Below the pieces are notes generated by a model. That model did not search any database. It was not told where the DNA came from and worked only from the letters and a program-made list of their open reading frames with translations. A DNA stretch of 64,000 nucleotides from contig OZ244561.1 of assembly GCA_965217585.1 (NCBI GenBank), forward strand, positions 64,001-128,000, read 5' to 3'. Each line of letters opens with the position of its first letter. Position 1 is the stretch's first letter. The position numbers were made by a program, and so were the translations under genes. Source of the DNA: Candidatus Latescibacterota bacterium (GTDB lineage: Bacteria > Latescibacterota > UBA2968 > UBA8231). Shown in pieces: positions 55,170-64,000 of the stretch.

Positions 55170-57952
55170 TACTGAATTCCGGCGTACACGGTGATGAAGC
55201 TAGTCGTCGCATTGCTGCTCTCGCTGCCCTTGGCAAAGCCGCTGTCTTCCTCTCGCACCAGCTCGGTCTGAGTGCGCCCGTAGCGCAGGCCAATCTGGGT
55301 CGTCAGGCGATACCCCATGTAGTCCGAGGAATTGGAGAGCTGCACTGCCACGTTTACGCTGCTCAAGTCGCCCGTTTCCGTGGTGACACCGCTGGCGACC
55401 ATGGCGTCCTCGTCGCGCATCAAATCCCGCAGCAGCAGTTGCTCTACACCGCCCATCAACACGGTGTGCTGAAGCACCGGCAGTTGGGCCAGCAGCACGA
55501 AGCTGCCCGTCCACTCTTCGCGCTCATCCTCTTGGACCAAAAACGGCGTGCGTCGCAAGTATTCGCTCTTAAACTTGGGCTGGAGGCTGAAACGACCTAA
55601 GTCGTAGGTGTAGTCGAACTTGTTGATCAAGCCGAAGAAGCTCGTGTCGGTGCGCAGGCGGCGTCCGTCTATATCGCGTGGATCGTCTTGGTTTTGGCGA
55701 TAGAATTCGTATTTGAACTTGTTGATGATGTTGAGCCGGTCGATGCCCACGTAGTCGAACCCGAGCCACAGCGAATTGACCCAAGTGTCTTGGGCCGGCA
55801 AGATATCGGGGACGAGGGGCTGGATCGGCGGGGCATCGACATAAGGCGTGGGGGCGCGCCGGTCGTCCGGAATGGTATCGGCGACCTTTTTCAGCGCATC
55901 AAAAACCCGCAAGCGACCCACGCCCGGCACGTCGCGGTCAAAGGTAAAGAGCGCGTACTGGACGCGGCTGGAGCGGTCGGCCGAAATCATCTGCTCGTCC
56001 GCCTGCCCCAAGGTCAGCCGCGCCCCAGATACGAGCTCGGCACCGGCAAACACATTGTAGCCCTGCCGGTCGGTCTTATAGGGGTAATCTGGCAAGATGT
56101 CGTCTTCGAAGCGGTCGATCCAATCGTTGTTGTTCAGGTCGATGCCAAAGAGGTATTCGGGCCGATCAACCGCATAGCGCAAAAAAGGCTCTTCGTAGTC
56201 GGGAATGAGGTTGTTGACCGTGCCATTGTCGTTTTGGTTAAAATCGGAGATAAAGTCGTTGTTCTCGTCCCACCCCGGAAAGATGAGCCGGTCGTTGGCC
56301 GAACCCGCGCGGATCCAGTCGGGATATTGGTCTTGGTCGTCGTTGTCCTCGACGAACTCGTAGAAGTTGCGTTGGGAATTGTCGTATTGGATGTCGCCAT
56401 TGGTATCTACCAAAAAAGCCGTGGTCGAATACGCGTCGTCCATCGCATAGACCTCGCCGAAGAAGAACCACGGATGGAACTGACGGGAGAGGTTGAAAAA
56501 CCAAGCGTCGGACTGCTCGGTGGCAATTTTGTGGTTTTTGCCGGCCGTAAACAGCGCGGCGTTGGGATACTGAAAGTAGCGCTTATTGCGGTCCCACTCT
56601 CCGTAGAAGTCAAACCCCCACAGACCCTTGCCCTCCACCGTAAATCCGCCGACTAGGTTGCCCGTCGGCAGACCGTAGTCAAATTTGACGAGCTGAAGAT
56701 TGGAAATGTCCTTCACGTTGCCCTCGGCTCGCCGCAGGGTAATCAGCGCCGGCTCGCTGGCGTCTATGGTCTCCGCACTCAGAGGCGCGGAGGGCATGGC
56801 GCGGCGGCCCGTCTGCCGGTCGGACCACATCTCCACCTTGAAGTCATTGCCCAAGACATATTCGAATTCCACCGCCACGATCGAGGTGGGGTCTGGGCCG
56901 ATGTACGCCGGATCGTTGAAGTCGTAGTTGAGCACGATGCGCTCGTGGCCGTCGGCGGCCGTGAAACCTTGGCGCTCAAAACCGCCGAATTTAATCGGCC
57001 ACTCCGCACCGGCGCGGACGACCTCCGCCGCCTCAAAAACCTGCTCTTTGTTCGTCTCGAAGTTGCGGCTGATGATGCGCACCTTGTGGCGGAACAAAGC
57101 CGCGCCCCCCTCGCCATCCTCGGGCGTGTCGTCGCTGAGAATGATGGCAATGGCCGTCAGCGGGGTGCTGCTCTGGCCGGAAGTGAGGCTGCCGGCGATC
57201 AAGTCGCCGCTGAACAGGTCGAGCGTGGTGTTGGTATTGCGGGCATCGACTACGGTCGCGCCCACCTCGATGAAGTCGCCGACCTGGACCGTGCCGCGCC
57301 CGCCAAACATGGTAGTAGTGTTGGTGCGGGTCTCCGGCTCCCTGGTCTCGCCCAAGATTGGGTCGCTGATCCGCGAGGCGAGGATCGTGCCGGCGTATTT
57401 GTCGGCCATGAAGTCGATCTGGACGCCATTGTAACGAGGCCTAGAGAAGGTCAGCGGCGTGAGGGTCGTGCGCAGCAGATTGCCGACTGTAATGGAATAG
57501 TAGTACTGGCTCTGCGAGTCGCCGCCAATGGTGACCCCGCTGAACCAAGAGTCGAAGCGGCCGTTCTGGAAGATGCTGCTGCCGAGCTGCCCAGGCTGGT
57601 TCTGGCTCCAGTCGTAGATCAGCCAGCCGCGGCCGATGAAGTTGCCGTAGAAGTCGTAGAAGTAATCGCCTTCGCGGTGGATATTGACGTAGCGCCGGAA
57701 CTCATCCCTAGCATAGTTGGAGTACTCCCACTGTCGCCACCCGTATTCATTGAAAAGCTCTTGGGGAATGTACCATTTCTTGATTGCTGGATCGAGCGCG
57801 CCAAACAGGACCCCAGGCCCGCGCGGCTCAAAGCTGACCGCCCCGCCGCGCTGGCGACCCAAGCGGTTGCCGTACTCTTGGGCCTCAGCCATTCCAGCCG
57901 CCAGCACCAGCGCGGCCCAACCAATCAGCCCCCATAGTCTAAACACTTGCAA
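55169..57952 (-). CDS. Large secreted/outer-membrane protein, 'YGNRLG' family, paralog 1
   Basis: Same motifs as paralog 2; ends FITVYAGIQ; TAATG coupling to paralog 2. Confidence 0.7.
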   Translation of the reverse strand: MQVFRLWGLIGWAALVLAAGMAEAQEYGNRLGRQRGGAVSFEPRGPGVLFGALDPAIKKWYIPQELFNEYGWRQWEYSNYARDEFRRYVNIHREGDYFYDFYGNFIGRGWLIYDWSQNQPGQLGSSIFQNGRFDSWFSGVTIGGDSQSQYYYSITVGNLLRTTLTPLTFSRPRYNGVQIDFMADKYAGTILASRISDPILGETREPETRTNTTTMFGGRGTVQVGDFIEVGATVVDARNTNTTLDLFSGDLIAGSLTSGQSSTPLTAIAIILSDDTPEDGEGGAALFRHKVRIISRNFETNKEQVFEAAEVVRAGAEWPIKFGGFERQGFTAADGHERIVLNYDFNDPAYIGPDPTSIVAVEFEYVLGNDFKVEMWSDRQTGRRAMPSAPLSAETIDASEPALITLRRAEGNVKDISNLQLVKFDYGLPTGNLVGGFTVEGKGLWGFDFYGEWDRNKRYFQYPNAALFTAGKNHKIATEQSDAWFFNLSRQFHPWFFFGEVYAMDDAYSTTAFLVDTNGDIQYDNSQRNFYEFVEDNDDQDQYPDWIRAGSANDRLIFPGWDENNDFISDFNQNDNGTVNNLIPDYEEPFLRYAVDRPEYLFGIDLNNNDWIDRFEDDILPDYPYKTDRQGYNVFAGAELVSGARLTLGQADEQMISADRSSRVQYALFTFDRDVPGVGRLRVFDALKKVADTIPDDRRAPTPYVDAPPIQPLVPDILPAQDTWVNSLWLGFDYVGIDRLNIINKFKYEFYRQNQDDPRDIDGRRLRTDTSFFGLINKFDYTYDLGRFSLQPKFKSEYLRRTPFLVQEDEREEWTGSFVLLAQLPVLQHTVLMGGVEQLLLRDLMRDEDAMVASGVTTETGDLSSVNVAVQLSNSSDYMGYRLTTQIGLRYGRTQTELVREEDSGFAKGSESSNATTSFITVYAGIQ

Positions 57953-57981
57953 ATCATCTCTCCCTAAATTTATTGAGCAAC

Positions 57982-60237
57982 TTAGTAAGCCACCCCTACA
58001 ACCCCGATTTTCCTCACTTGGCCCGTGCCGGCTTGTAGCGATACGCTAAAAGTGTAGTGCCCCGGCGGCACGTAAACCCCGTCGTCGTCCCGGCCATCCC
58101 AAGGCTGAACAAAGCGGCCGCTGATGGCCTCGCTATCGACTAAGGCCCGGACCAAGCGGCCGGACAGATCGAATATCGAGACTTTCACCGGCGAGGGCCG
58201 CGCGATATTGGTGATGTCGTACTGGATGAGGGCGCGGTCGTTGGCCCCATCGCCGTTGGGCGTAAATACCGGCGAACTCACGGCCACATTGGCCAAGAGC
58301 TCCTTGCTAATGGGCACGGCCACCGAAAGGTTTTCCGCCAGCGGCGTACCCACCGGCTGGAGATCGGAGTCGGCAAAGCCAGACAGACTCAAGTCGGCGG
58401 CATTGCCTGCCACGACGCCCTGCCCGATGGTCGTCTCGACCGCGCGGTTGAAGGCGCGGCCGACAAAGGTCGTGCCAAAGCGCAGCACCCCGTTGTCGAA
58501 TTCCACCTCCAAGACCGTCCCGTCTTCCTCTATGAGCGGGAAGGAGATGGCAAAGCGGTCGTCGCTCACTTCGTCGATGGAGATGCCATTGCTGGCCTGG
58601 GGCAAGTTCGCCAGCGACGCGCCGGAAAAATCTGCCTCCTGCACCTCACCACCGGGCCGCTGGATCCGCACGCGCCCGATGGCCTCGACGCGCAAGGGGG
58701 TCTCTATCTCAAAGGCGTCAAAGCCGCGCTGCCGACCAGAGGACTTGTTGAGTACCGCGTACAAAAACTGGGTATTCTTCCCCACGGCCGCGGACCGCGG
58801 CGAGATCTCGGCGATCAACTCTTGGGCAAAGGGCGGCGAAATCACGTCAAAGGCCAAGCCGCCGACCGCGGCCGCGGACTCAAAATCGTCGCTAAAAAAG
58901 TCGATAGAAAACTGGAAGTAGCGCCGCGGGCCAGGCGAGGTAATTGGGACACCGGCACCGTCTATTGGGAGTTGGTCTTGGCCGACGATGCCGGATGCCG
59001 AGTAGGGAGGCGACCAGCTGCTCCAGTTGTTGACATCGTCGCGGATGACCCCTTTGTCCTCGCCCCGCAGCGCGCTGTAATCGCCTTCGTCGAGGGTGAC
59101 GAGGGACTGCTGGTCCAGCGGCAGATCCTTGAACACCCCAATCGCCTCGCGCACATCTACTTCGTCGTTGTCCAGCACGCTTTCGACTAGGGCTTTTAAC
59201 TCAGCATCGGCGACATCCTCAGCCCTCTTCCACGGCACCTCCACATTGGCTGTCGAGGTGCCTGACCGATTGCCGGCTCGGGCACCGCCGCCCACGCGGA
59301 AGATGCGCTCGCCTGGGCGAACCTTGTTGAATTCGACCGGATTCGGATCCACACCCGTACGCGTGCGAATCCGCAAGCTAGACAGGTTCGCGTCGCCTTC
59401 CGCGTCTTGGACCCAGCGCAAGTTGCCGAGTAAGGCCAAGTCGCCAAAGTCGAAAATGTTGGACACATAGCTCGCTTCGGGTACAAAGCCCGTGCCGAAA
59501 ATCTGGAACTCGGCCATGTCGAAGCCAGCCGCCGTTAGCACCTTCAGCCGCACGAAGCGCACGTATTGCGGAGCAATGCGCACATCCACCACGGATTGGT
59601 CGTTTTGGGTCTCGACCGCGACGGTTTGCAAAATCGGCACGCCTTCAAAGGAGTTTTCCGGCGTGCCATCGTTGATGAAAATCTCATACCCCCGCAAAAA
59701 CTCGTTTTGGAAGGGAAATGCCACCGAGGGAAAATCCGGATCACCGTTGCGCGGAAAGAATTTGAAGCGGTTGAGGCCAAAGCGCGCACCGAGATCCAAG
59801 TCGATGATCAGCCCCAGTACTCGGGCGCTTTGGGTGCCCCCGGAAGCGCGCATGTCCAAGGCCGTGTCGCCGTCGTTGTCGATCAAATTGCCCAAGACCC
59901 CGCCAATGGATCGATTGTTCGGCGACTCAATGCTGCCGCCGCGCAACGGCGAGTTAATGCCGACCGCTATGTTGCGGGTGGTATCGGCGAGCTGGGGCGC
60001 GATGAAGCGGGGCCGGCCCCCGGGGGCGAAGTCGATGACGCCCCCGGGGGCGTTGGTTTTTTCGATCGCAGTCGCGCTGCGGATGACCACGGCTGGGAGA
60101 TCACCTCCACCGCTCTCCCAACTCAGGCCCTCTGCACCGCCGATGATCACGACTTCCGCAACCGCTGATTTTCCCGCCGCGAAAGCGGCGAGCAAGAGGC
60201 CGCCCACGAGGCAAGCAGATCGAAAAGCTGTTCGCAT
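57982..60237 (-). CDS. Secreted discoidin-like protein with a C-terminal FlgD-Ig/CHU_C-type domain
   Basis: Signal peptide; DLDLGARFGLNRFKFFPR, SNIFDFG, WSSWSPPY and FTPNGDGAND..FDLSGR..WDGRD..PPGHY; ends in VAY. Confidence 0.75.
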   Translation of the reverse strand: MRTAFRSACLVGGLLLAAFAAGKSAVAEVVIIGGAEGLSWESGGGDLPAVVIRSATAIEKTNAPGGVIDFAPGGRPRFIAPQLADTTRNIAVGINSPLRGGSIESPNNRSIGGVLGNLIDNDGDTALDMRASGGTQSARVLGLIIDLDLGARFGLNRFKFFPRNGDPDFPSVAFPFQNEFLRGYEIFINDGTPENSFEGVPILQTVAVETQNDQSVVDVRIAPQYVRFVRLKVLTAAGFDMAEFQIFGTGFVPEASYVSNIFDFGDLALLGNLRWVQDAEGDANLSSLRIRTRTGVDPNPVEFNKVRPGERIFRVGGGARAGNRSGTSTANVEVPWKRAEDVADAELKALVESVLDNDEVDVREAIGVFKDLPLDQQSLVTLDEGDYSALRGEDKGVIRDDVNNWSSWSPPYSASGIVGQDQLPIDGAGVPITSPGPRRYFQFSIDFFSDDFESAAAVGGLAFDVISPPFAQELIAEISPRSAAVGKNTQFLYAVLNKSSGRQRGFDAFEIETPLRVEAIGRVRIQRPGGEVQEADFSGASLANLPQASNGISIDEVSDDRFAISFPLIEEDGTVLEVEFDNGVLRFGTTFVGRAFNRAVETTIGQGVVAGNAADLSLSGFADSDLQPVGTPLAENLSVAVPISKELLANVAVSSPVFTPNGDGANDRALIQYDITNIARPSPVKVSIFDLSGRLVRALVDSEAISGRFVQPWDGRDDDGVYVPPGHYTFSVSLQAGTGQVRKIGVVGVAY

Positions 60238-60388
60238 AAACCGACTCTAATAAGTAGTGAGCAGGATGGACTAGTCGGGCATTCCACAACACCGAATACC
60301 CCTGTATTGTTGCCCAAAAATCCGTCAAATCCTAAATTAAATGCCTGTTAAATAAGTGAATAGTATCCACTAGAGCAAGAAATTTTCA

Positions 60389-62092
60389 ATGACCGCGACC
60401 CAGTCCTTTCCGTGCGAGTGCATCCGCTCGCTCCTCTGTCTCTCGGCCCTTTTCCTCGCGTCCTGCGGCGGCCAGCCCGAACAGCCCGAAGCGCAGGACG
60501 TCGTCCTAGCGACCGTAGCCGACGACCCCATTACCCTCGCCGCCTTTACCGAGTTCAGCGCGCTCATCCCAGAGGGCATGAAAAAGGGCGACACCCCGCT
60601 CGCCAAGAACCGCCAAGTCCTCAACAGCTTGATCGACAAGCGGCTCTTGCTCGCCGAGGCCGAGGCCATTCAGCTAGCCGACGATCCCGCGTTCCAAGCC
60701 GAGCTGGCCTTCTTTGCCAAAAACCGCCTGCTCGAATTGTACACCCGGCTCGAAATATCCCAAAAGATCGTCATTACCGATGAGGAGATGGAAACTCATT
60801 ACCGAGCTACCCACCGCGATCGCGCCCTCCGCTTCAGCGGCATCATGCTAAAGACCCGCGAAGAAGCCGAGGAAGTTTTGCAGGCCGTGGCCGACGGAGC
60901 ACAGTTTATGGAGTTGGCCAAGGGGCGTTCTCTGCACCGCGATAGTGGCGAACAGGGTGGCGATGTGGGGGGCTATAAGCTCAAGGACAAGGTCCAGCCG
61001 GCTATTGCCGAAGCGATCTTCCCCCTCGCCGTGGGCGAGGTATCCGAACCCATCCGCTTCCAGTTTGCCGGCAAGCCCCACTACACGGTCTTTCAAGTCA
61101 CCGACGAGATGCCACTGCCGCTCGCCGCTTCCGAACGCAAGGTGCGGGAGGAAATTTTCGGTCGCAAGCAGGCCGGCCGCTACCAAGCCCTCCTCGACTC
61201 GCTCAAAGGCGCGTACGGCCCCGAGCTGCACCCCGAGCAGATTCGCCACCTCAACCTGCACAGCCAGCAGGCCGAGGGCGATCTGTACGCCCTGCCGACC
61301 GCGGTGAGCGACAAGTCTATCGTCTCCTTTCGCGGCGGCCAAATCAGTTGCCACGAGTTCATCCAGATGGCGCAGCAAATGCGTGCTGGCCGGCCGGAAT
61401 TGGCCGACTCCGCCCGCGTCGCCTTCCTCCTCGAAACCGCAATCATCCCCGCCTTTCTCTTCGCCGCCGAGGCCCACAGCCGCGGCCTAGAAGAAGATCC
61501 CGACCTGCGCCAGCTCATCCGCGACAAGCGGGACGACCTGCTCCTCAACGCCCTACGCCAGCGCTACGTCGATCAACACATCACAGCCACCCCAGAGGAA
61601 GCCCGCGCCTTCTACGATAGCCACCCGGAGAAATTCGCCGCACCTCTGACGACCGAAGTGGTAGAAATTCTCGCGTCTTCCGACTCTTTGGCCCAGCGGC
61701 TCAAGCGCGAGATCCTCGCCGGTGCCGATCCAGTGCCCCTAGCCCACGCCCACACCCTTCGCCCCGGTGCCGACCACCACGGCGGGCACCTGACCCTCAG
61801 CCCCTACACCAAGGCGTACTATCAGGATATCTACGACTTGGCGCATTCTCTGCCCGTCGGCCAAGTCGGCGGTCCAGTGCAGGTACAGGGCGGATACTCG
61901 GTCTTCAAGGTCCTCGACCGCCACCAGAAAAAGCACCCCTACGACGCCACATCCCGTCGCCGCGCCACGGCTTACGTAAAGATCGACAAGTCCAAGCGCG
62001 GCTACGTGCGCTACGTGCACGGCCTGCGGGAGCAGTACCTAGTCGAGGAGTTTGCAGACGCGATAGCGCGCGCCTTCGGCGCACCCAATTGA
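60389..62092 (+). CDS. PpiC/parvulin-type peptidyl-prolyl isomerase (SurA/PrsA-like lipoprotein chaperone)
   Basis: Lipobox LASC; two rotamase-like modules (FMELAKGRS..GGDVG..VGEVSEPI and VGQVGGPV..GYSVFKV). Confidence 0.82.
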   Translation: MTATQSFPCECIRSLLCLSALFLASCGGQPEQPEAQDVVLATVADDPITLAAFTEFSALIPEGMKKGDTPLAKNRQVLNSLIDKRLLLAEAEAIQLADDPAFQAELAFFAKNRLLELYTRLEISQKIVITDEEMETHYRATHRDRALRFSGIMLKTREEAEEVLQAVADGAQFMELAKGRSLHRDSGEQGGDVGGYKLKDKVQPAIAEAIFPLAVGEVSEPIRFQFAGKPHYTVFQVTDEMPLPLAASERKVREEIFGRKQAGRYQALLDSLKGAYGPELHPEQIRHLNLHSQQAEGDLYALPTAVSDKSIVSFRGGQISCHEFIQMAQQMRAGRPELADSARVAFLLETAIIPAFLFAAEAHSRGLEEDPDLRQLIRDKRDDLLLNALRQRYVDQHITATPEEARAFYDSHPEKFAAPLTTEVVEILASSDSLAQRLKREILAGADPVPLAHAHTLRPGADHHGGHLTLSPYTKAYYQDIYDLAHSLPVGQVGGPVQVQGGYSVFKVLDRHQKKHPYDATSRRRATAYVKIDKSKRGYVRYVHGLREQYLVEEFADAIARAFGAPN

Positions 62093-62479
62093 AATTGAGC
62101 TGGATCGTGCTCCTGCTCTTTTTGCTCGCTTGGGGCTGCGCCCGCGACAACCCTCTTTTAGCCGAGGGCCAGCAGCACTTTCGCAACCGAGACTACCAAG
62201 CCGCGATTGAGGTCTTGCAGCGAGCCTTGCAAGGCCCGTCTCCATCGCAATCCGCCTATCGCTATCTAGGGCGTTGCTACCTGCAAGTCGGCCCAGTACG
62301 AGCAAGCGCGAGAAACAGCGCACGCCGGCCTAGCCCGCGCCCCTAGCGACCCCGAGCTCTACGATCTACTCGGTGCCATTGAGATGACCCTCAGCGACGC
62401 ATACCAGCAATTGGGACACCTGCAAAAAAGTCGAGCACATCGCGCAAAAGCGCGGCAGCTAGCACACGAGGCCCGGTAG
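62089..62479 (+). pseudogene. TPR lipoprotein with a +1 frameshift
   Basis: Lipobox AWGC. The TPR AYRYLGRCYLQVG continues as QYEQARETAHAGLARAPSDPELYDLLG in the next frame after GGCCCAG (about 62293), ending at TAG 62477-62479. Confidence 0.65.
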
Positions 62480-62483
62480 CCTC

Positions 62484-64000
62484 ATGTCATATCAACGCAT
62501 CCTCTACTGGGCGGCCTGCTACCTTGCCGTAGCCCTCCCAACTCACGCGCTCACCATCTATCGCATCGGCGGAGCCGACCTGCCCAAACCGGCGCTGGAA
62601 ACCGAGTACGAGTTCGTGCAGCTAGCTTGGGAAGCCGTTGATCCCAAGCAGCACGGCCAAGCCCAATGGATCGCGCTGCAGCCAGAACGCATCGGCCCGT
62701 TGTTGCTAACTCCCTCGGTCAACTTGGCACCGCTCGTAGAATCCCTCGGCGGTCGCATCCTCGTCCTAGAGTGGAATGGCTGGCGGGAGTGGTACGAAGA
62801 CGACCTCCTGATCTTCGACGGCGACCCGGAAACCGCTTATCTGGGGGATGGGCACTATCTCCGCGTCGTCGGCTATGGCCCCCAGCGCAAGTACTGGGTC
62901 TTCGACTTTGGGGGGTGGTTCTTCGTCGATCGCGTGCGCTTTTATCCGCGCCCGCGCTTTGCGACAACCCGCTTTGTCGAGAGCTTCATCGTGGGGACCA
63001 GCGATGGCGATCCCCTCGCCGATGGCACCCGCGAGTACGCGGTTAGCTGGCGCAACAGCACGCTCGACTTCGACATCGTCCATCGCGTGAACGAGAATAC
63101 TCAAGCCGTCATGGAGTTGGCCCTGCCCGACGAACCCATCCAGCAGGTGTTCATCGAGTTACCCGAAAACAGTCGCGGTATCTGGGAAATCGCCGAATTC
63201 GAAATCTACGGGTCTGGGCCAGCCGCCTTCTCCCGCTACACTTCCAACATCATCGACTTGGGCCAACCGGCCGCCTTGGGTGTCTTGACTTGGGGCGGCC
63301 ATCTCGATGCTGAGGCCCGCATTGAACTGAGTGCACGCACGGGCGACGACGACGACCCCAACACCTATTGGCGGCGCACGTTTCGCGGCGACGAGCGCAC
63401 CCGCTTCGACGCCGCTGGCCAACCGCTTACTCTGCGCACCTACGACCGCCTACAACGGGGTGAGCAGATCGGCCTCACCCCAGACATTGAGGACTGGGAC
63501 TTCTGGAGCGCGCCCTTTGCCTTTGCCGCAGGTGGCGGGCCGATGCCGGGCGATCAGCTGCGCCGCTACGCGCAATTTAGGGCCGAATTCCACTCGACCG
63601 CCGAGGCGACGGGTCACCTCGCCTACTTGCAGTTCAGCGCGTCCATCCCGCCGCCGGCCGCCCAAGCCCTCGGACAAATCCACCCGCTACAAGCCCCGGC
63701 TCTGACCCCGACGCTCTTTACCTTCCACCTAGAGCCGCACATCACAGCCGACGATCTCGGCTTCGACCACCTAGCCATTGCCACCACCGCACAGGTTCAG
63801 ACCGTGGAGGCCGTGCGGGTCGGCGGGGTCGACGTCGCCTACACCATCGCACAGCATACCGCCGAGGGATTTGAAGTCGCACTGCCGCGCATGGACCAGC
63901 AGCGGACCGACGAGCGGATCGAGGTCGATTTCCGCGCCGAGGTATTCGCGTACAACACCCGCTTTACAGGGCGAATCCGCGACAGCACCCGCCCGTTTGA
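62484..64000 (+). CDS. Secreted discoidin-like paralog of 45395/47323 (3' end outside the window; absent from the ORF track)
   Basis: MSYQRILYW..LTIYRIGGADLPKP..YEFVQL..GIWEIAEFEIYG..SNIIDLG..DDDPNTYWRRTFRG..DDLGFD; the frame appears open to the window end. Confidence 0.8.
   Translation, partial: MSYQRILYWAACYLAVALPTHALTIYRIGGADLPKPALETEYEFVQLAWEAVDPKQHGQAQWIALQPERIGPLLLTPSVNLAPLVESLGGRILVLEWNGWREWYEDDLLIFDGDPETAYLGDGHYLRVVGYGPQRKYWVFDFGGWFFVDRVRFYPRPRFATTRFVESFIVGTSDGDPLADGTREYAVSWRNSTLDFDIVHRVNENTQAVMELALPDEPIQQVFIELPENSRGIWEIAEFEIYGSGPAAFSRYTSNIIDLGQPAALGVLTWGGHLDAEARIELSARTGDDDDPNTYWRRTFRGDERTRFDAAGQPLTLRTYDRLQRGEQIGLTPDIEDWDFWSAPFAFAAGGGPMPGDQLRRYAQFRAEFHSTAEATGHLAYLQFSASIPPPAAQALGQIHPLQAPALTPTLFTFHLEPHITADDLGFDHLAIATTAQVQTVEAVRVGGVDVAYTIAQHTAEGFEVALPRMDQQRTDERIEVDFRAEVFAYNTRFTGRIRDSTRPF

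Noticed and set aside
42736-60237. Flagellar hook-capping (flgD) genes
   Set aside because: Only the C-terminal Ig-like module resembles FlgD. The proteins have Sec signal peptides and there are no flagellar genes nearby.
10641-64000. Diversity-generating retroelement (FGE/C-type-lectin fold protein and variable paralogs)
   Set aside because: No reverse transcriptase and no TR/VR pair with adenine-specific mismatches is visible. Paralog differences include indels and all bases.
1-64000. CRISPR array, rRNA or tRNA genes
   Set aside because: No regularly spaced repeats or recognisable structural RNA signatures were found by eye.

Overview
GC-rich bacterial window. The FlgD/CHU_C-type C-termini and the 'SWGxIKA' tail suggest an FCB-group organism such as Ca. 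Latescibacterota; this is an inference. Layout: (1) 1-9.8 kb, a sigma-54/nitrogen block with an NtrC-like response regulator, a sigma-54 promoter followed by a structured RNA candidate, an RpoD-family sigma factor, a GAF-type NifA-like activator and an amtB-glnK-porin-glnA operon. (2) 9.8-28.1 kb, housekeeping and metabolic genes (CBM9-like, FGE-family, def, fused indolepyruvate oxidoreductase, GNAT, rpiA, TRAP transporter, mltF, MDR dehydrogenase, FGGY kinase, M16 protease), with an inserted stand-alone Ntox37-like toxin/immunity pair. (3) 28.2-38.1 kb, a decayed accessory island: IS701 and IS5 elements both inside one AT-rich gene, an hsdS remnant, an IS91/ISCR remnant, two dinJ genes each with a 29-codon yafQ stump, vapBC and hicAB. 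(4) 38.1-41.6 kb, a sugar ABC transporter. (5) 41.7-64 kb, the most interesting part: an uncharacterised cell-surface locus with five paralogous secreted discoidin-like proteins (the four complete ones end in an FlgD/CHU_C-type domain), two tandem ~950-aa 'YGNRLG' putative outer-membrane proteins, two CBM9-like proteins, a His-rich membrane/TPR protein and a PpiC chaperone. No rRNA, tRNA or CRISPR array was seen. Family assignments come from motif recognition only; no database search was run.
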